DNA of 26,930 nucleotides from a virus (taxonomy: Duplodnaviria > Caudoviricetes): the IMG/VR virus record IMGVR_UViG_3300033402_000054, positions 1-26,930 of that record; one strand, written 5' to 3'. The position numbers and the translations under genes were made by a program. The notes beneath the pieces were generated by a model, which made no database searches, was not told where the DNA came from, and was given only the letters and a program-made list of their open reading frames with translations. Shown piece after piece: positions 1-7,955 of this stretch; position 1 is the stretch's first letter; each line of letters opens with the position of its first letter.

Positions 1-1
1 A

Positions 2-643
2 ATGACCACCGAATCGGTGGCCGTGGCAAAGGAGCTTGTCGCGCTGCGGGAGCACATGGAGGACCGCCAGGCCGAGCAGGACTTCGCCCAAGCCTTCGCC
101 GACCTCCAGGCCCAACTGTCCTCGTTCAGGCCGACCAAGGCCGTGCCCGACAGGAGCGGCGGCGTGCGGTATATGTATCTCCCCTACGAGGAGATCATGG
201 CCGTGGTGCAGCCCTTAGCCCGCCAATTCGGGTTCACGATTTCCTTTTCGACCGAGCCGAAAGACAACCGTATCCTGCAAACCTGCACCTTGCAGCACAG
301 ATCGGGCCACTCCAGGGATTTCAAGGCATACGTGCGAGTCGGCAGCGGGCCGCCGGGGGCGACCGAGAGCCAGGCCGACGGCGCGGCGATGACCTACGCG
401 AAGCGGTACGCGCTCTGTAACGCGCTGAACATTACGGTGGAACACGACACCGACGCGCGGGCGGAGGGCGAGCCCATCACCGAGCAGCAGGCCCACACGC
501 TGATGCAGATGGTGCATGACAGCGGTTCGGACGAGCGGGCCTTCCTAAAGTACGCTGGGGCGGCGACCTACGAGGAGATCGGGGCGCGGCGGTACCAGGA
601 GTTAGTTGGTGCCCTCCAGAAGAAAATGAAGGCGAAGAAGTGA
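2..643 (+). CDS. ERF-family single-strand DNA annealing protein (true start may lie upstream of the window)
   Basis: ERF signature GAAMTYAKRYALCNALNI..EHDTDA; small C-terminal domain beginning EPITEQQ; lies upstream of a YqaJ-type exonuclease. Confidence 0.88.
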   Translation: MTTESVAVAKELVALREHMEDRQAEQDFAQAFADLQAQLSSFRPTKAVPDRSGGVRYMYLPYEEIMAVVQPLARQFGFTISFSTEPKDNRILQTCTLQHRSGHSRDFKAYVRVGSGPPGATESQADGAAMTYAKRYALCNALNITVEHDTDARAEGEPITEQQAHTLMQMVHDSGSDERAFLKYAGAATYEEIGARRYQELVGALQKKMKAKK

Positions 644-1063
644 GGTGCGCACCACCGCCATTCCCTGGTGCCCTGGGAGAGTAGTTGTGCTCGTTGTCTT
701 TCAATCCGCTGCCTGTCAGACTGTGCCAGGGAGCCAATTTGCCTCAGCGCGGCGCGCCCCCAGAGGCGCACCCGTACTGCACGGTTCTTTGACGATCAGC
801 ACTTGTGGACCCGGACGTATGGCGGAAGGCAGATCAACTACTGCCCCGGAGCCGGGAAAGACTCGGAGGTTGCCAGCCTCAGAGGAACCGATTTCCGTTG
901 CGCGGAGGCGACGGCGGACTTGTAAACGCCGTTCTGCTAACGTGGCCATGGGCTTTTTTGGTTGGAAAGGGCCTCGCCCGAAAACCTGATTGAAAGAACT
1001 CGTCCGCCCTGGGGCATTCCCCAATGCTCCCAATAGTAGAGTCTGGGAAACATGAGTTGTCAA

Positions 1064-1135
1064 CCCCCAAGCGCCGGCACTCGTCCGCCGGTAAAGCCGC
1101 CGACCGGAACCTGACGGCGGCGGCCCGCTTGGGGG
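1064..1135 (+). ncRNA. Candidate three-way-junction structured RNA (unclassified)
   Basis: CCCCCAAGCG (1064-1073) pairs perfectly with CGCTTGGGGG (1126-1135), enclosing hairpins CCGGC/GCCGG (1074-1078/1087-1091) and GCCGCCG/CGGCGGC (1096-1102/1115-1121). Confidence 0.4.
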
Positions 1136-1189
1136 GCGATTCCTGAAAAGGTGTGATATGAAGACCTTCCACTGCCAGCAGGGCACCAC

Positions 1190-1891
1190 ATGATCGACGA
1201 GACCGGCTACGGCGACGGCAAGCCACGGAAGAAAATGGGCATCCGCACCGCCGTTATGGCCAGCCTGGACACCGCCTGGTGGGCGCTGCGGATCAAGCGG
1301 GACTGCCCGGCCAACCGAATCGCTAACCTCGGCATGATGCTCCGTTGGGGAATGCTTTATGGGATGTGCGGCCGAAGCAAGAGGAGAAAATCTGTGAACG
1401 TCGATGAACTGGTTGGGAAGTGGATCGAAACCATCGTCACGATGAGCACGGCGCACGACAAGGACGCCTACGACGCGGCGGACGCCACCGCCGACACGCT
1501 CTTGGGTCCGCTACTGACGGCATCCGTCAAGCAGGTCCGGGAGTTCTACGTGAAGTTACAGGAGCGATTACAGGCCGATCCACACGTGCCGATGCTGGTG
1601 TGGATGGGGTTCGACGCCTGGGGAGAAGTGATGGTCAAGGATGCTCCGGACGAGGGGATCAAACGGCTGAAGAACAAACTGGCGGCCGAAATCGCGGATC
1701 TCGTGGAAGAGGACATCCGCGACCAGATACCGAAGGCGATTGCCCGGGCGCTGCGATGGCGCGATCCGAAAACACTAAAGGCCGTCAAGGCAACCATTGA
1801 ATCGGGGGTCAAGCCTAAGTTGCGCGGCCGAGAGTCATGCCTATTTCTGGAGGCGGGCAGGGGCAAACGAAAAGTGAGCGTGATGCTATGA
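1190..1891 (+). CDS. Hypothetical protein; a strong alternative start is GTG 1394
   Basis: Open frame with coding-like codon bias; GAGGAG at 1381-1386 precedes in-frame GTG 1394; stop overlaps the next ATG (ATGA 1888-1891). Confidence 0.7.
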   Translation: MIDETGYGDGKPRKKMGIRTAVMASLDTAWWALRIKRDCPANRIANLGMMLRWGMLYGMCGRSKRRKSVNVDELVGKWIETIVTMSTAHDKDAYDAADATADTLLGPLLTASVKQVREFYVKLQERLQADPHVPMLVWMGFDAWGEVMVKDAPDEGIKRLKNKLAAEIADLVEEDIRDQIPKAIARALRWRDPKTLKAVKATIESGVKPKLRGRESCLFLEAGRGKRKVSVML

Positions 1892-2571
1892 AGAGATTCA
1901 ACGTCACCCAGGGAACCCCCGAGTGGCACCGTCTCCGGCGCGGAGTGGTGACGGCCTCGGAGGTCGACGCCCTGATCACCCCCGAGTGGCGCGCTCGCAC
2001 CGGCGAAGGCGTCCGCACCTACCTCTGCCAGAAGCTGGCCGAGCGACTGATGGCGCCGGAGCCGGCAGACGCGGAGGACGTCGGCGGCGCGCCTTCCTGG
2101 GCGGCCGACCAGGGCCACGTGCTGGAGGAGATGGCCCTGCCCTGGTTCGAGTTTGAGACGGGGCTGCACGTCGAGCGGGTGGGTTTCTGCCTGTCGGACG
2201 ACGGCCAGATTGGGTGCAGCCCGGATGGGCTGATCGGCGAGGACAGCGGCATCGAGACCAAGTGCCCCCAGCCGGCGAACCAGGTGCGATACCTGCTGGC
2301 CGGCGGGGTGCCGAAGCAGTACCACGCCCAGGTGCATTTTTCGATGCTCGTCACCGGGCGGCCCTCGTGGTGGTTCGTCAGCTATTCCCGCGACCTGCCG
2401 AAGCTGGCTGTGCGGGTAGACCGCGACGAAGGGATCCAGGCCAAGCTGCGGGAGGTTGTGGCGGCGTTCCTCGACCAGATGGACCGAGAGTTGCCCCGGC
2501 TGCTCGAGCTGTCCCAGGTCGAGCACGCGGCGTTCGCGGGGGGCGAAGAGCAGGAGTCGAACCCCTTCTGA
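1888..2571 (+). CDS. YqaJ / lambda-exonuclease family phage recombination exonuclease
   Basis: QGTPEWHRLRRGVVTASE N-terminus, G..LE..A, GCSPDGL, IETKCP and Y.AQVHFSMLVTG motifs; acidic tail ending NPF; start overlaps upstream stop. Confidence 0.93.
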   Translation: MKRFNVTQGTPEWHRLRRGVVTASEVDALITPEWRARTGEGVRTYLCQKLAERLMAPEPADAEDVGGAPSWAADQGHVLEEMALPWFEFETGLHVERVGFCLSDDGQIGCSPDGLIGEDSGIETKCPQPANQVRYLLAGGVPKQYHAQVHFSMLVTGRPSWWFVSYSRDLPKLAVRVDRDEGIQAKLREVVAAFLDQMDRELPRLLELSQVEHAAFAGGEEQESNPF

Positions 2572-2575
2572 CCTG

Positions 2576-2603
2576 TTGACACGGCCGGGCGGCGCGGTAG
2601 GAT
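2576..2603 (+). promoter_or_regulatory. Sigma70-type promoter upstream of the replication genes
   Basis: TTGACA (2576-2581), 16-nt spacer, TAGGAT (2598-2603), placed right after the exonuclease stop. Confidence 0.65.
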
Positions 2604-2616
2604 GGAGGCCGTTCAC

Positions 2617-2740
2617 CGGAGACCACCTCACATGCGAACCACCGCCGCGTTCCCCCGTGCCTGAGCTTCTGAAGGGTTGGTCTCCGTCTTGAGCCAGGGC
2701 GGGGGGACGTTGGCGGATTCAGACGGAGCGTCTTTCCGCC
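2617..2740 (+). ncRNA. Structured leader / candidate antisense-type RNA switch (P4 CI / P1 C4-like architecture)
   Basis: Long imperfect hairpin 2642-2716 whose loop (2678-2689) is complementary to both 2617-2625 upstream and 2721-2728 downstream; competing hairpin 2712-2740 covers GGAG just before ATG 2741. Confidence 0.55.
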
Positions 2741-3496
2741 ATGCACAGGGGGTACGTCAAACTCTGGCGGAAATCTCTCGATTCGGCAGTTTGGTTGGAC
2801 GACGGGCTTTGGAAGGTCTGGAGTTACTGCCTAATGGAAGCAAACCACGCCGATGGATGGGCAGTTGCATCGGGGTTATTGAAGCCAGTCCCCATAAAGA
2901 GGGGCCAGTTTATGACTGGTCGATACTCCCTCAATAAAGGGTGCTACCCCAAGCAGCGGAAAAGCGACCCGAGCCCGAGTACGACATGGAGATGGCTAGA
3001 ATGTTTGCAGAACATGCAAAATCTGCGCATCGAAACGAACAGCCGATTTTCCATAGTAACTATAACGCACTTCACGGATTACAACGACCGGAAAGACGAA
3101 AATGAACAAGTAAATGAACAGCCGGTGAACAGCCGACGAACAGCCGGTGAACAGCCGGTGAACACGAACAAGAATGATAAGAATGAAGAAGAAGAGAGAG
3201 GCCCCCGAAAACTTCCGCCTGAATTCGATACCCCGGAAGTGCATCGAGCCCTTGCCGACTGGCTGTCGCATCTGGACCTACACCGAAAGCCACTCCTCGA
3301 CCCAGACCACCAACTCTACGTAGCCTGCTCTTACTTTCCTACTCCAGATGATCTTGTGCAAAGCATCCAAATCGCCATCACCAACGGCTACGTGAAGCTC
3401 ATCAACTATGCCGGCCAGGATGGGCGACGAACAGCCGCACAGAAGAACCCTTCCAGGCTCGAGGACCCGTGCCCCGAAAGGAGGATAGGCGATTGA
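2741..3496 (+). CDS. Phage replication initiator (replisome organiser / lambda O-like)
   Basis: GYVKLWRK..S.VW...KVW.YCLMEANH and IKRGQF.TGR..L N-terminal pattern, FSIVTI..F..Y motif, internal DNA repeats, directly upstream of DnaB. Confidence 0.85.
   Translation: MHRGYVKLWRKSLDSAVWLDDGLWKVWSYCLMEANHADGWAVASGLLKPVPIKRGQFMTGRYSLNKGCYPKQRKSDPSPSTTWRWLECLQNMQNLRIETNSRFSIVTITHFTDYNDRKDENEQVNEQPVNSRRTAGEQPVNTNKNDKNEEEERGPRKLPPEFDTPEVHRALADWLSHLDLHRKPLLDPDHQLYVACSYFPTPDDLVQSIQIAITNGYVKLINYAGQDGRRTAAQKNPSRLEDPCPERRIGD
3116..3164 (+). repeat. 11-bp tandem direct repeats, putative origin iterons
   Basis: GAACAGCCGGT at 3116, 3138 and 3149, GAACAGCCGAC at 3127, partial GAACA at 3160; period not a multiple of 3; followed by an A/G-rich tract at about 3165-3200. 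Confidence 0.8.
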
Positions 3497-4833
3497 CAAT
3501 CAAACCGGACTTGCTGGATCGAGTGCCTCCAAATGACCAGGACTCCGAGAGGGCTGTGCTCGGTTCTTTCCTGATCGACCCGCGGCGCATCGACGAGGTT
3601 TCGGCGATTCTGAAGCCGGCTGACTTCTACGCTGACGCTAACCGCCGACTGTACGCCCACATGGTTGCGATGCACGACGCGCGGGAGCGAATTGATGTCT
3701 TCCTGCTTGAGAGGCGACTGTCCAACGCGGGAGATTTGGAAGCGATCGGAGGCGTACCCTACCTCGGCGAGTTGTCTGTGTCTGTGGCAGCCGCCAGCAA
3801 CGCGCTGTTTTACGCTCGGATCGTCCTTCGCATGTCGCAACTGCGAACACTGATTCAGTCCGGCCTCGACATCGTTCGCGACGCCTACGATCCGGCTGGG
3901 GACCCTGCGACGATCCTTGCTGCTGCGGAAAAGTCGCTGGGGGCGATCGCCACTGGCGAGTATCAGGGGGAGCCGGTGGCGGCGCAAGAATCGGTGCGCA
4001 CGGCGTTGGAAGAAATCGATCAGCTTCACCAGCGGGGAACCGGTTGCGGCCTTTTGACCGGATTTGAGGATTTTGACCGGACGATAGGCGGCTTGTTTCC
4101 CGGGGAGTTGGCGATTTTGGCTGCCAGACCGGCGCAGGGGAAAACGTCGCTGGCGATGCAGATTGGCCACCACGCCGCGACGGCGGGGCACACCGTCTAC
4201 GTCGCCAGCCTCGAAATGCGGCAAACGGAGTTAGCGAAGAAACTCCTCTGCTCGGTGGGCGGCGTGAACTCGCGCAAACTACGTGGAGCAACGCTCGACC
4301 AGGGCGATATATCTCGATTGGTGGGCGCCGGCTATCAGGTGTCCGCGCTGCCCTTGTGGCTCCACGATCGGCCCGGGATGAGCGTCTACGACATCCGGCG
4401 TGCGGCGCGGCACATCGCCCGAAAGGGCCTGGAGCTTGTCATCGTCGATTACCTGCAAATGGTGACCCCGGACAACGAGCGCGTGTCCCGCGAACAACAG
4501 GTGGCCAAGATCGGCCGGGGGTTGAAACAGTTGGCTGGCGAGCTAAAGGTGCCGGTGCTCTGCCTGTGTCAGTTGAACCGAGCGGCCGAGGACAACGAAG
4601 AACCACAGTTGCGAAATTTACGGGAGAGCGGATCGCTTGAGCAAGATGCCGATATGGTGATGTTCATTGGCCGCGGCGTGAAGTGGAGCGAAGATAGCGC
4701 GCCGGTGGCCAGCCATTCCTATCTGTACCTGAAGAAAAACCGCAACGGCGAACTGGGGAGATTTCGGTTGGAGTGGGAGGCGGGAGTCACGTGGTTCAAG
4801 ACGCCGAGGACATGCAATGCTGCCAACTTTTAA
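3493..4833 (+). CDS. dnaB: Replicative DNA helicase DnaB
   Basis: PP....ERAVLGS N-domain, Walker A AARPAQGKT, SLEM, VIVDYLQ, QLNR, LRESGSLEQDAD, KNRNG. Start taken as TTG 3493, overlapping the initiator stop, with GAGGA at 3481-3485. Confidence 0.96.
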   Translation: MTIKPDLLDRVPPNDQDSERAVLGSFLIDPRRIDEVSAILKPADFYADANRRLYAHMVAMHDARERIDVFLLERRLSNAGDLEAIGGVPYLGELSVSVAAASNALFYARIVLRMSQLRTLIQSGLDIVRDAYDPAGDPATILAAAEKSLGAIATGEYQGEPVAAQESVRTALEEIDQLHQRGTGCGLLTGFEDFDRTIGGLFPGELAILAARPAQGKTSLAMQIGHHAATAGHTVYVASLEMRQTELAKKLLCSVGGVNSRKLRGATLDQGDISRLVGAGYQVSALPLWLHDRPGMSVYDIRRAARHIARKGLELVIVDYLQMVTPDNERVSREQQVAKIGRGLKQLAGELKVPVLCLCQLNRAAEDNEEPQLRNLRESGSLEQDADMVMFIGRGVKWSEDSAPVASHSYLYLKKNRNGELGRFRLEWEAGVTWFKTPRTCNAANF

Positions 4834-4840
4834 GGGAGAT

Positions 4841-4999
4841 ATGACCCGGTTAGAGCGACTTCTTCAGGAAGCCCGGGACCGCAATAGACGCACCGTGGCG
4901 CTGGCACGCCGTCAAGGTTTTTCCTTCGACCCGATCCTGGGGTATGTGCCATGGGACGCCAAGGGGCCGAGGTTCAAAGACAGTTCGTTGGAAAATTGA
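4841..4999 (+). CDS. Small hypothetical protein (52 aa)
   Basis: GGGAG ribosome-binding site after the dnaB stop; fills the gap in the operon. Confidence 0.55.
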   Translation: MTRLERLLQEARDRNRRTVALARRQGFSFDPILGYVPWDAKGPRFKDSSLEN

Positions 5000-5008
5000 G
5001 GCCCGACG

Positions 5009-5215
5009 ATGCCTGACACCGCCCGCTGCCCACGTTGCGGACAAGTTTCAACCACGCCCGGCGAAGGCCCCGATGCCTTTTATTGCCACGGCTGCAAGAT
5101 TTACTTCTCGGCCGTGGACGACGGCGCGACCTCCTACGGCGATCCGGCCCGCATCGTGGAGCGGCGCGACAGTTTCCGGCACCGACAGCAGCGGAGAGCG
5201 AGGGGGAGAGGATGA
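5009..5215 (+). CDS. Small zinc-ribbon protein
   Basis: CPRC ... CHGC pairs; stop overlaps the next ATG. Confidence 0.65.
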   Translation: MPDTARCPRCGQVSTTPGEGPDAFYCHGCKIYFSAVDDGATSYGDPARIVERRDSFRHRQQRRARGRG

Positions 5216-5535
5216 GCGATTGTCTCAAGTGCAGTCAGTGCTGCCGAAAACTCGTCATTGAGATCGGCTGTCACGACCTGATCCGAGAGCCCCGACTAGC
5301 CGCGGTGTCGAAGCAGTTTCGCACGGCCGAAGGGCCATGCGGATTCACGGTTGGCGGGGAGGACGACGGCGAGACTCTCCACGAAGGCGTCTGTCACTTA
5401 CTGACGGCCGGAAAGCCATGCCCGATGCTTGGCCCGAACAACCTCTGCACGATCTACCCGACGCGGCCAAACTGTTGCGTCGGGTTTCCGGCTGGCGGCA
5501 CGCAATGCCTGGAAATACGGAGACCGTCCCGATGA
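5212..5535 (+). CDS. YkgJ-family (CxxCxxCC) cysteine cluster protein
   Basis: CLKCSQCC at the N-terminus and CPML..NNLCTIYPTRPNCC..FP at the C-terminus; ATGA overlap with upstream gene. Confidence 0.85.
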   Translation: MSDCLKCSQCCRKLVIEIGCHDLIREPRLAAVSKQFRTAEGPCGFTVGGEDDGETLHEGVCHLLTAGKPCPMLGPNNLCTIYPTRPNCCVGFPAGGTQCLEIRRPSR

Positions 5536-5625
5536 GCCGTTTCGAGAAAGGCATCTGCTGGCCCGTGATACCGTGTACCGATCCAATGTGTTCGATCTGC
5601 AACCATCAAACGAAAGGACTGACCA

Positions 5626-6240
5626 GTGACCAAGAAAAAAGCCACCAGCCCGAAAACCGCCAAGAAGCACCGCCAGACGAAGGGCGAACTGCTGGACGAG
5701 GCGGCCGACCTGCTGTCCAGGATTGAAGACGCCGAAGTCGAGTGCCAGAAAGCTCGGCTGGCCGTGGACGACGCCAAGGAAGCGTACAAGACCTCGAAGG
5801 GTCTGTACGCCAACGCCGTAGAGGAACTCCGCAAGCTGGCCCGGGCGCGGCGACAGAAGTTGCCGCTGTTCGACGCGGCCGGCAAGAAGGCCGAGGAGGA
5901 AAAGAAGGCCAAGGCCAGCGAGCAGGCCACGCCGCTGCTGCCGGCTGCCGAGGGCGATACGGCCGGCAACGGTCAGGCCCAACCGCTGGCGCCCGAAGCG
6001 TGGCGCACCGTCCGCATCGCGGAACTCTCCCTCAAGCCGGCCACGGAAAGCAAGCTGCTGGCCAAGGACCTGGACACCCTTGGCGCGCTGTCCGACTGGA
6101 TGCAAAAGAAGGGCGAGTTCTGGGCCAAAGACGTCCCCGGCATTGGCGAGAAGGCGGCCACGGATATTGCCGACGCTTTCGCGGCGTTCTGGGCGACGCA
6201 TCCGGAGTGCTGCCAACCGGTGGCGGAGGCGGCCAAGTAG
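5626..6240 (+). CDS. Coiled-coil protein with C-terminal RNA polymerase alpha-CTD-like (helix-hairpin-helix) domain
   Basis: AAAGGA RBS then GTG; C-terminal IAELSL...L.AKDLDTLGAL...KDVPGIGEKAATDI pattern parallels alpha-CTD/HhH. Confidence 0.65.
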   Translation: MTKKKATSPKTAKKHRQTKGELLDEAADLLSRIEDAEVECQKARLAVDDAKEAYKTSKGLYANAVEELRKLARARRQKLPLFDAAGKKAEEEKKAKASEQATPLLPAAEGDTAGNGQAQPLAPEAWRTVRIAELSLKPATESKLLAKDLDTLGALSDWMQKKGEFWAKDVPGIGEKAATDIADAFAAFWATHPECCQPVAEAAK

Positions 6241-6255
6241 CGAAAGGAGTTGGCG

Positions 6256-6786
6256 ATGATCCTGGCGATTGACCCCGGAACCACCCACAGCGCCTACGTG
6301 ATTTACGACCCGCCTCTGGCGGCGGTAGAGTCACACGCGCGGATTCCCAACGAAAGCCTGCTGGTCGCAATCCATGATGGGTTCCCGGAAACGAATCACT
6401 GTGTGATAGAAGCCGTGGCCTCATACGGTCAGCCGGTGGGGCAAGAGGTCTTCACCACCGCTATTTGGTGCGGCCGATTCGCAGAGGCATGGGACTGGCA
6501 CCAACAGGGAGTCGGAACTACCGCGGCGGCGTTCATTTTCCGCAAGGCGGTCAAACTCCATCTCTGCGGGCGAGTCACCGGATGTGGCGACCCGGTAATT
6601 CGACAGCGGCTCATCGACCTGTTCAGCGACGGCCGGGGCAAGGCGGTGGCGATCGGCGTAAAGAAGTCGCCCGGGCCGCTGTACGGACTCAAGGGCGACG
6701 AGTTTGCGGCCTTGGCCCTGGCGGTGACCTACGCGGAGACGGTGTTAGGGGGCGGTGTGCCCGAGGTTCATCGCGAGGAGGACTGA
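6256..6786 (+). CDS. RuvC-like Holliday junction resolvase (phage type)
   Basis: ILAIDPG, VIE.VASYG..VG.EVF.T....GRF, RK.VKLHLCG, PGPLYG..GDEFAALA; AAGGAG RBS at 6244-6249. Confidence 0.85.
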   Translation: MILAIDPGTTHSAYVIYDPPLAAVESHARIPNESLLVAIHDGFPETNHCVIEAVASYGQPVGQEVFTTAIWCGRFAEAWDWHQQGVGTTAAAFIFRKAVKLHLCGRVTGCGDPVIRQRLIDLFSDGRGKAVAIGVKKSPGPLYGLKGDEFAALALAVTYAETVLGGGVPEVHREED

Positions 6787-6827
6787 CTAATGGATGTTAG
6801 AGATCTCACAGAAAGGACCAATGAACA

Positions 6828-7910
6828 ATGGCTGAAGTAACAGACTCTATCGTGCAATTTCACGAATTTACGAACGCCGATGGGGAAGTGCTCATCCTGC
6901 GAAGAATACCAAAGAACCGCATTACCAATGGGAACGGAAAAGGAAACGATTTCATCTGGCCATCTGGTGTCGGAACGGTGGTAGAGTGTCCTGACTGGTC
7001 TCCAGTGCCGACGTGTGGCAATGGATTACACGGTTGGCCGTGGGGATACGGTCTTGGTGATGGCTGCGAGTATGACATCATTGGTGATGTATGGCTCGTG
7101 ATTGGTTGTCGGCCCGAAGATGTTGTGGGCAATATTGAAGGCGGACAAAAATGCAAATTCCGCCGAGGTGTGATCCGCTTGGAAGGCGGCTTCGGTGATG
7201 CAATGGCCAGAGTTACTCCCGGCCGCGTTGCGTGTACGGAGGCACGCGCGAGGGGTTCGGCCAGCGCGACCGGCTGGAGTGGTTCGGCCAGCGCGACCGG
7301 CTGGAGGGGTTCGGCCAGCGCGACCGGCTGGAGGGGTTCGGCCAGCGCGACCGGCGCGAGGGGTTCGGCCAGCGCGACCGGCTGGAGTGGTTCGGCCAGC
7401 GCGACCGGCTGGAGTGGTTCGGCCAGCGCGACCGGCGAGAGGGGTTTGGCCAGCGCGACCGGCGAGAGTGGTTCGGCCAGCGCGACCGGCGCGAGGGGTT
7501 CGGCCAGCGCGACCGGCGAGAGGGGTTCGGCCAGCGCGACCGGCTGGAGGGGTTCGGCCAGCGCGACCGGCGAGAGGGGTTCGGCCAGCGCGACCGGCTG
7601 GAGGGGTTCGGCCAGCGCGACCGGCGAGAGTGGTTCGGCCAGCGCGACCGGCGAGAGTGGTTCGGCCAGCGCGACCGGCGAGAGTGGTTCGGCCAGCGCG
7701 ACCGGAACAGAATCGGTAGCCGTATCTCTCGGTCTGAATGGCATCGCTAAGGGGTCGCTTGGATGCTGGTTGACACTCGCTGAATGGACATGTCGCGACG
7801 GAACTTGGCACCGGATCGACGTGAGGACGGCCAAGGTCGATGGAGGGCAAATCAAGGCGGACACATTTTATCGTCTGAGCGACGGAGAATTTGTCAAGGC
7901 CGCTCCATGA
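6828..7910 (+). CDS. Phage protein with xxGSASATG repeats (DUF7666-like N-terminal domain)
   Basis: N-domain with CPDW....CGNGLHG motif, 17 nine-residue repeats, conserved-looking C-terminus VDG..IKADTFYRL.DGEFV. Confidence 0.85.
   Translation: MAEVTDSIVQFHEFTNADGEVLILRRIPKNRITNGNGKGNDFIWPSGVGTVVECPDWSPVPTCGNGLHGWPWGYGLGDGCEYDIIGDVWLVIGCRPEDVVGNIEGGQKCKFRRGVIRLEGGFGDAMARVTPGRVACTEARARGSASATGWSGSASATGWRGSASATGWRGSASATGARGSASATGWSGSASATGWSGSASATGERGLASATGESGSASATGARGSASATGERGSASATGWRGSASATGERGSASATGWRGSASATGESGSASATGESGSASATGESGSASATGTESVAVSLGLNGIAKGSLGCWLTLAEWTCRDGTWHRIDVRTAKVDGGQIKADTFYRLSDGEFVKAAP
7248..7706 (+). repeat. 27-bp coding tandem repeat, 17 copies
   Basis: Constant GGTTCGGCCAGCGCGACCGGC preceded by two variable codons (GCG/TGG/GAG and AGG/AGT). 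Confidence 0.97.
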
Positions 7911-7955
7911 AAACCTGTGGACGCCAACGGCCCGCAGAAAGAGAGGGTGAGGTCA

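Noticed and set aside
895-960. tRNA-like segment (GGACTTGTAAA in a stem-loop)
   Set aside because: Resembles an anticodon loop but no acceptor stem, TTCGA T-loop or CCA end could be built.
645-989. ORFs 645-989 and 668-925 after the ERF gene
   Set aside because: No clear RBS, weak codon bias and no recognisable motifs; left unannotated.
3493-3498. TTGACA as a third promoter
   Set aside because: It coincides with the initiator stop / dnaB TTG start overlap and has no convincing -10 at the right spacing.
5532-5726. Possible small Cys-rich ORF (MSRFEKGICWP...) coupled to the YkgJ-like stop
   Set aside because: Would overlap the better-supported 5626-6240 gene by about 100 nt; cannot be supported, though not excluded.
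7248-7706. CRISPR or TIGR-like guide array next to a RuvC-like gene
   Set aside because: Variable part is only 6 nt drawn from five recurring combinations, the period is 9 codons in frame within an ORF, and no cas or Nop-domain gene is seen.
7248-7706. Diversity-generating retroelement variable region
   Set aside because: No reverse transcriptase or separate template repeat in the window, and the variation is a small set of recurring alleles rather than independent adenine-specific changes.
6860-7864. Overlapping ORFs in other frames across the repeat (6860-7864, 7026-7850, 7195-7719, 7232-7750)
   Set aside because: The 27-bp unit lacks stops in those frames, so they are open by construction; only 6828-7910 has an RBS and family-like flanking domains.
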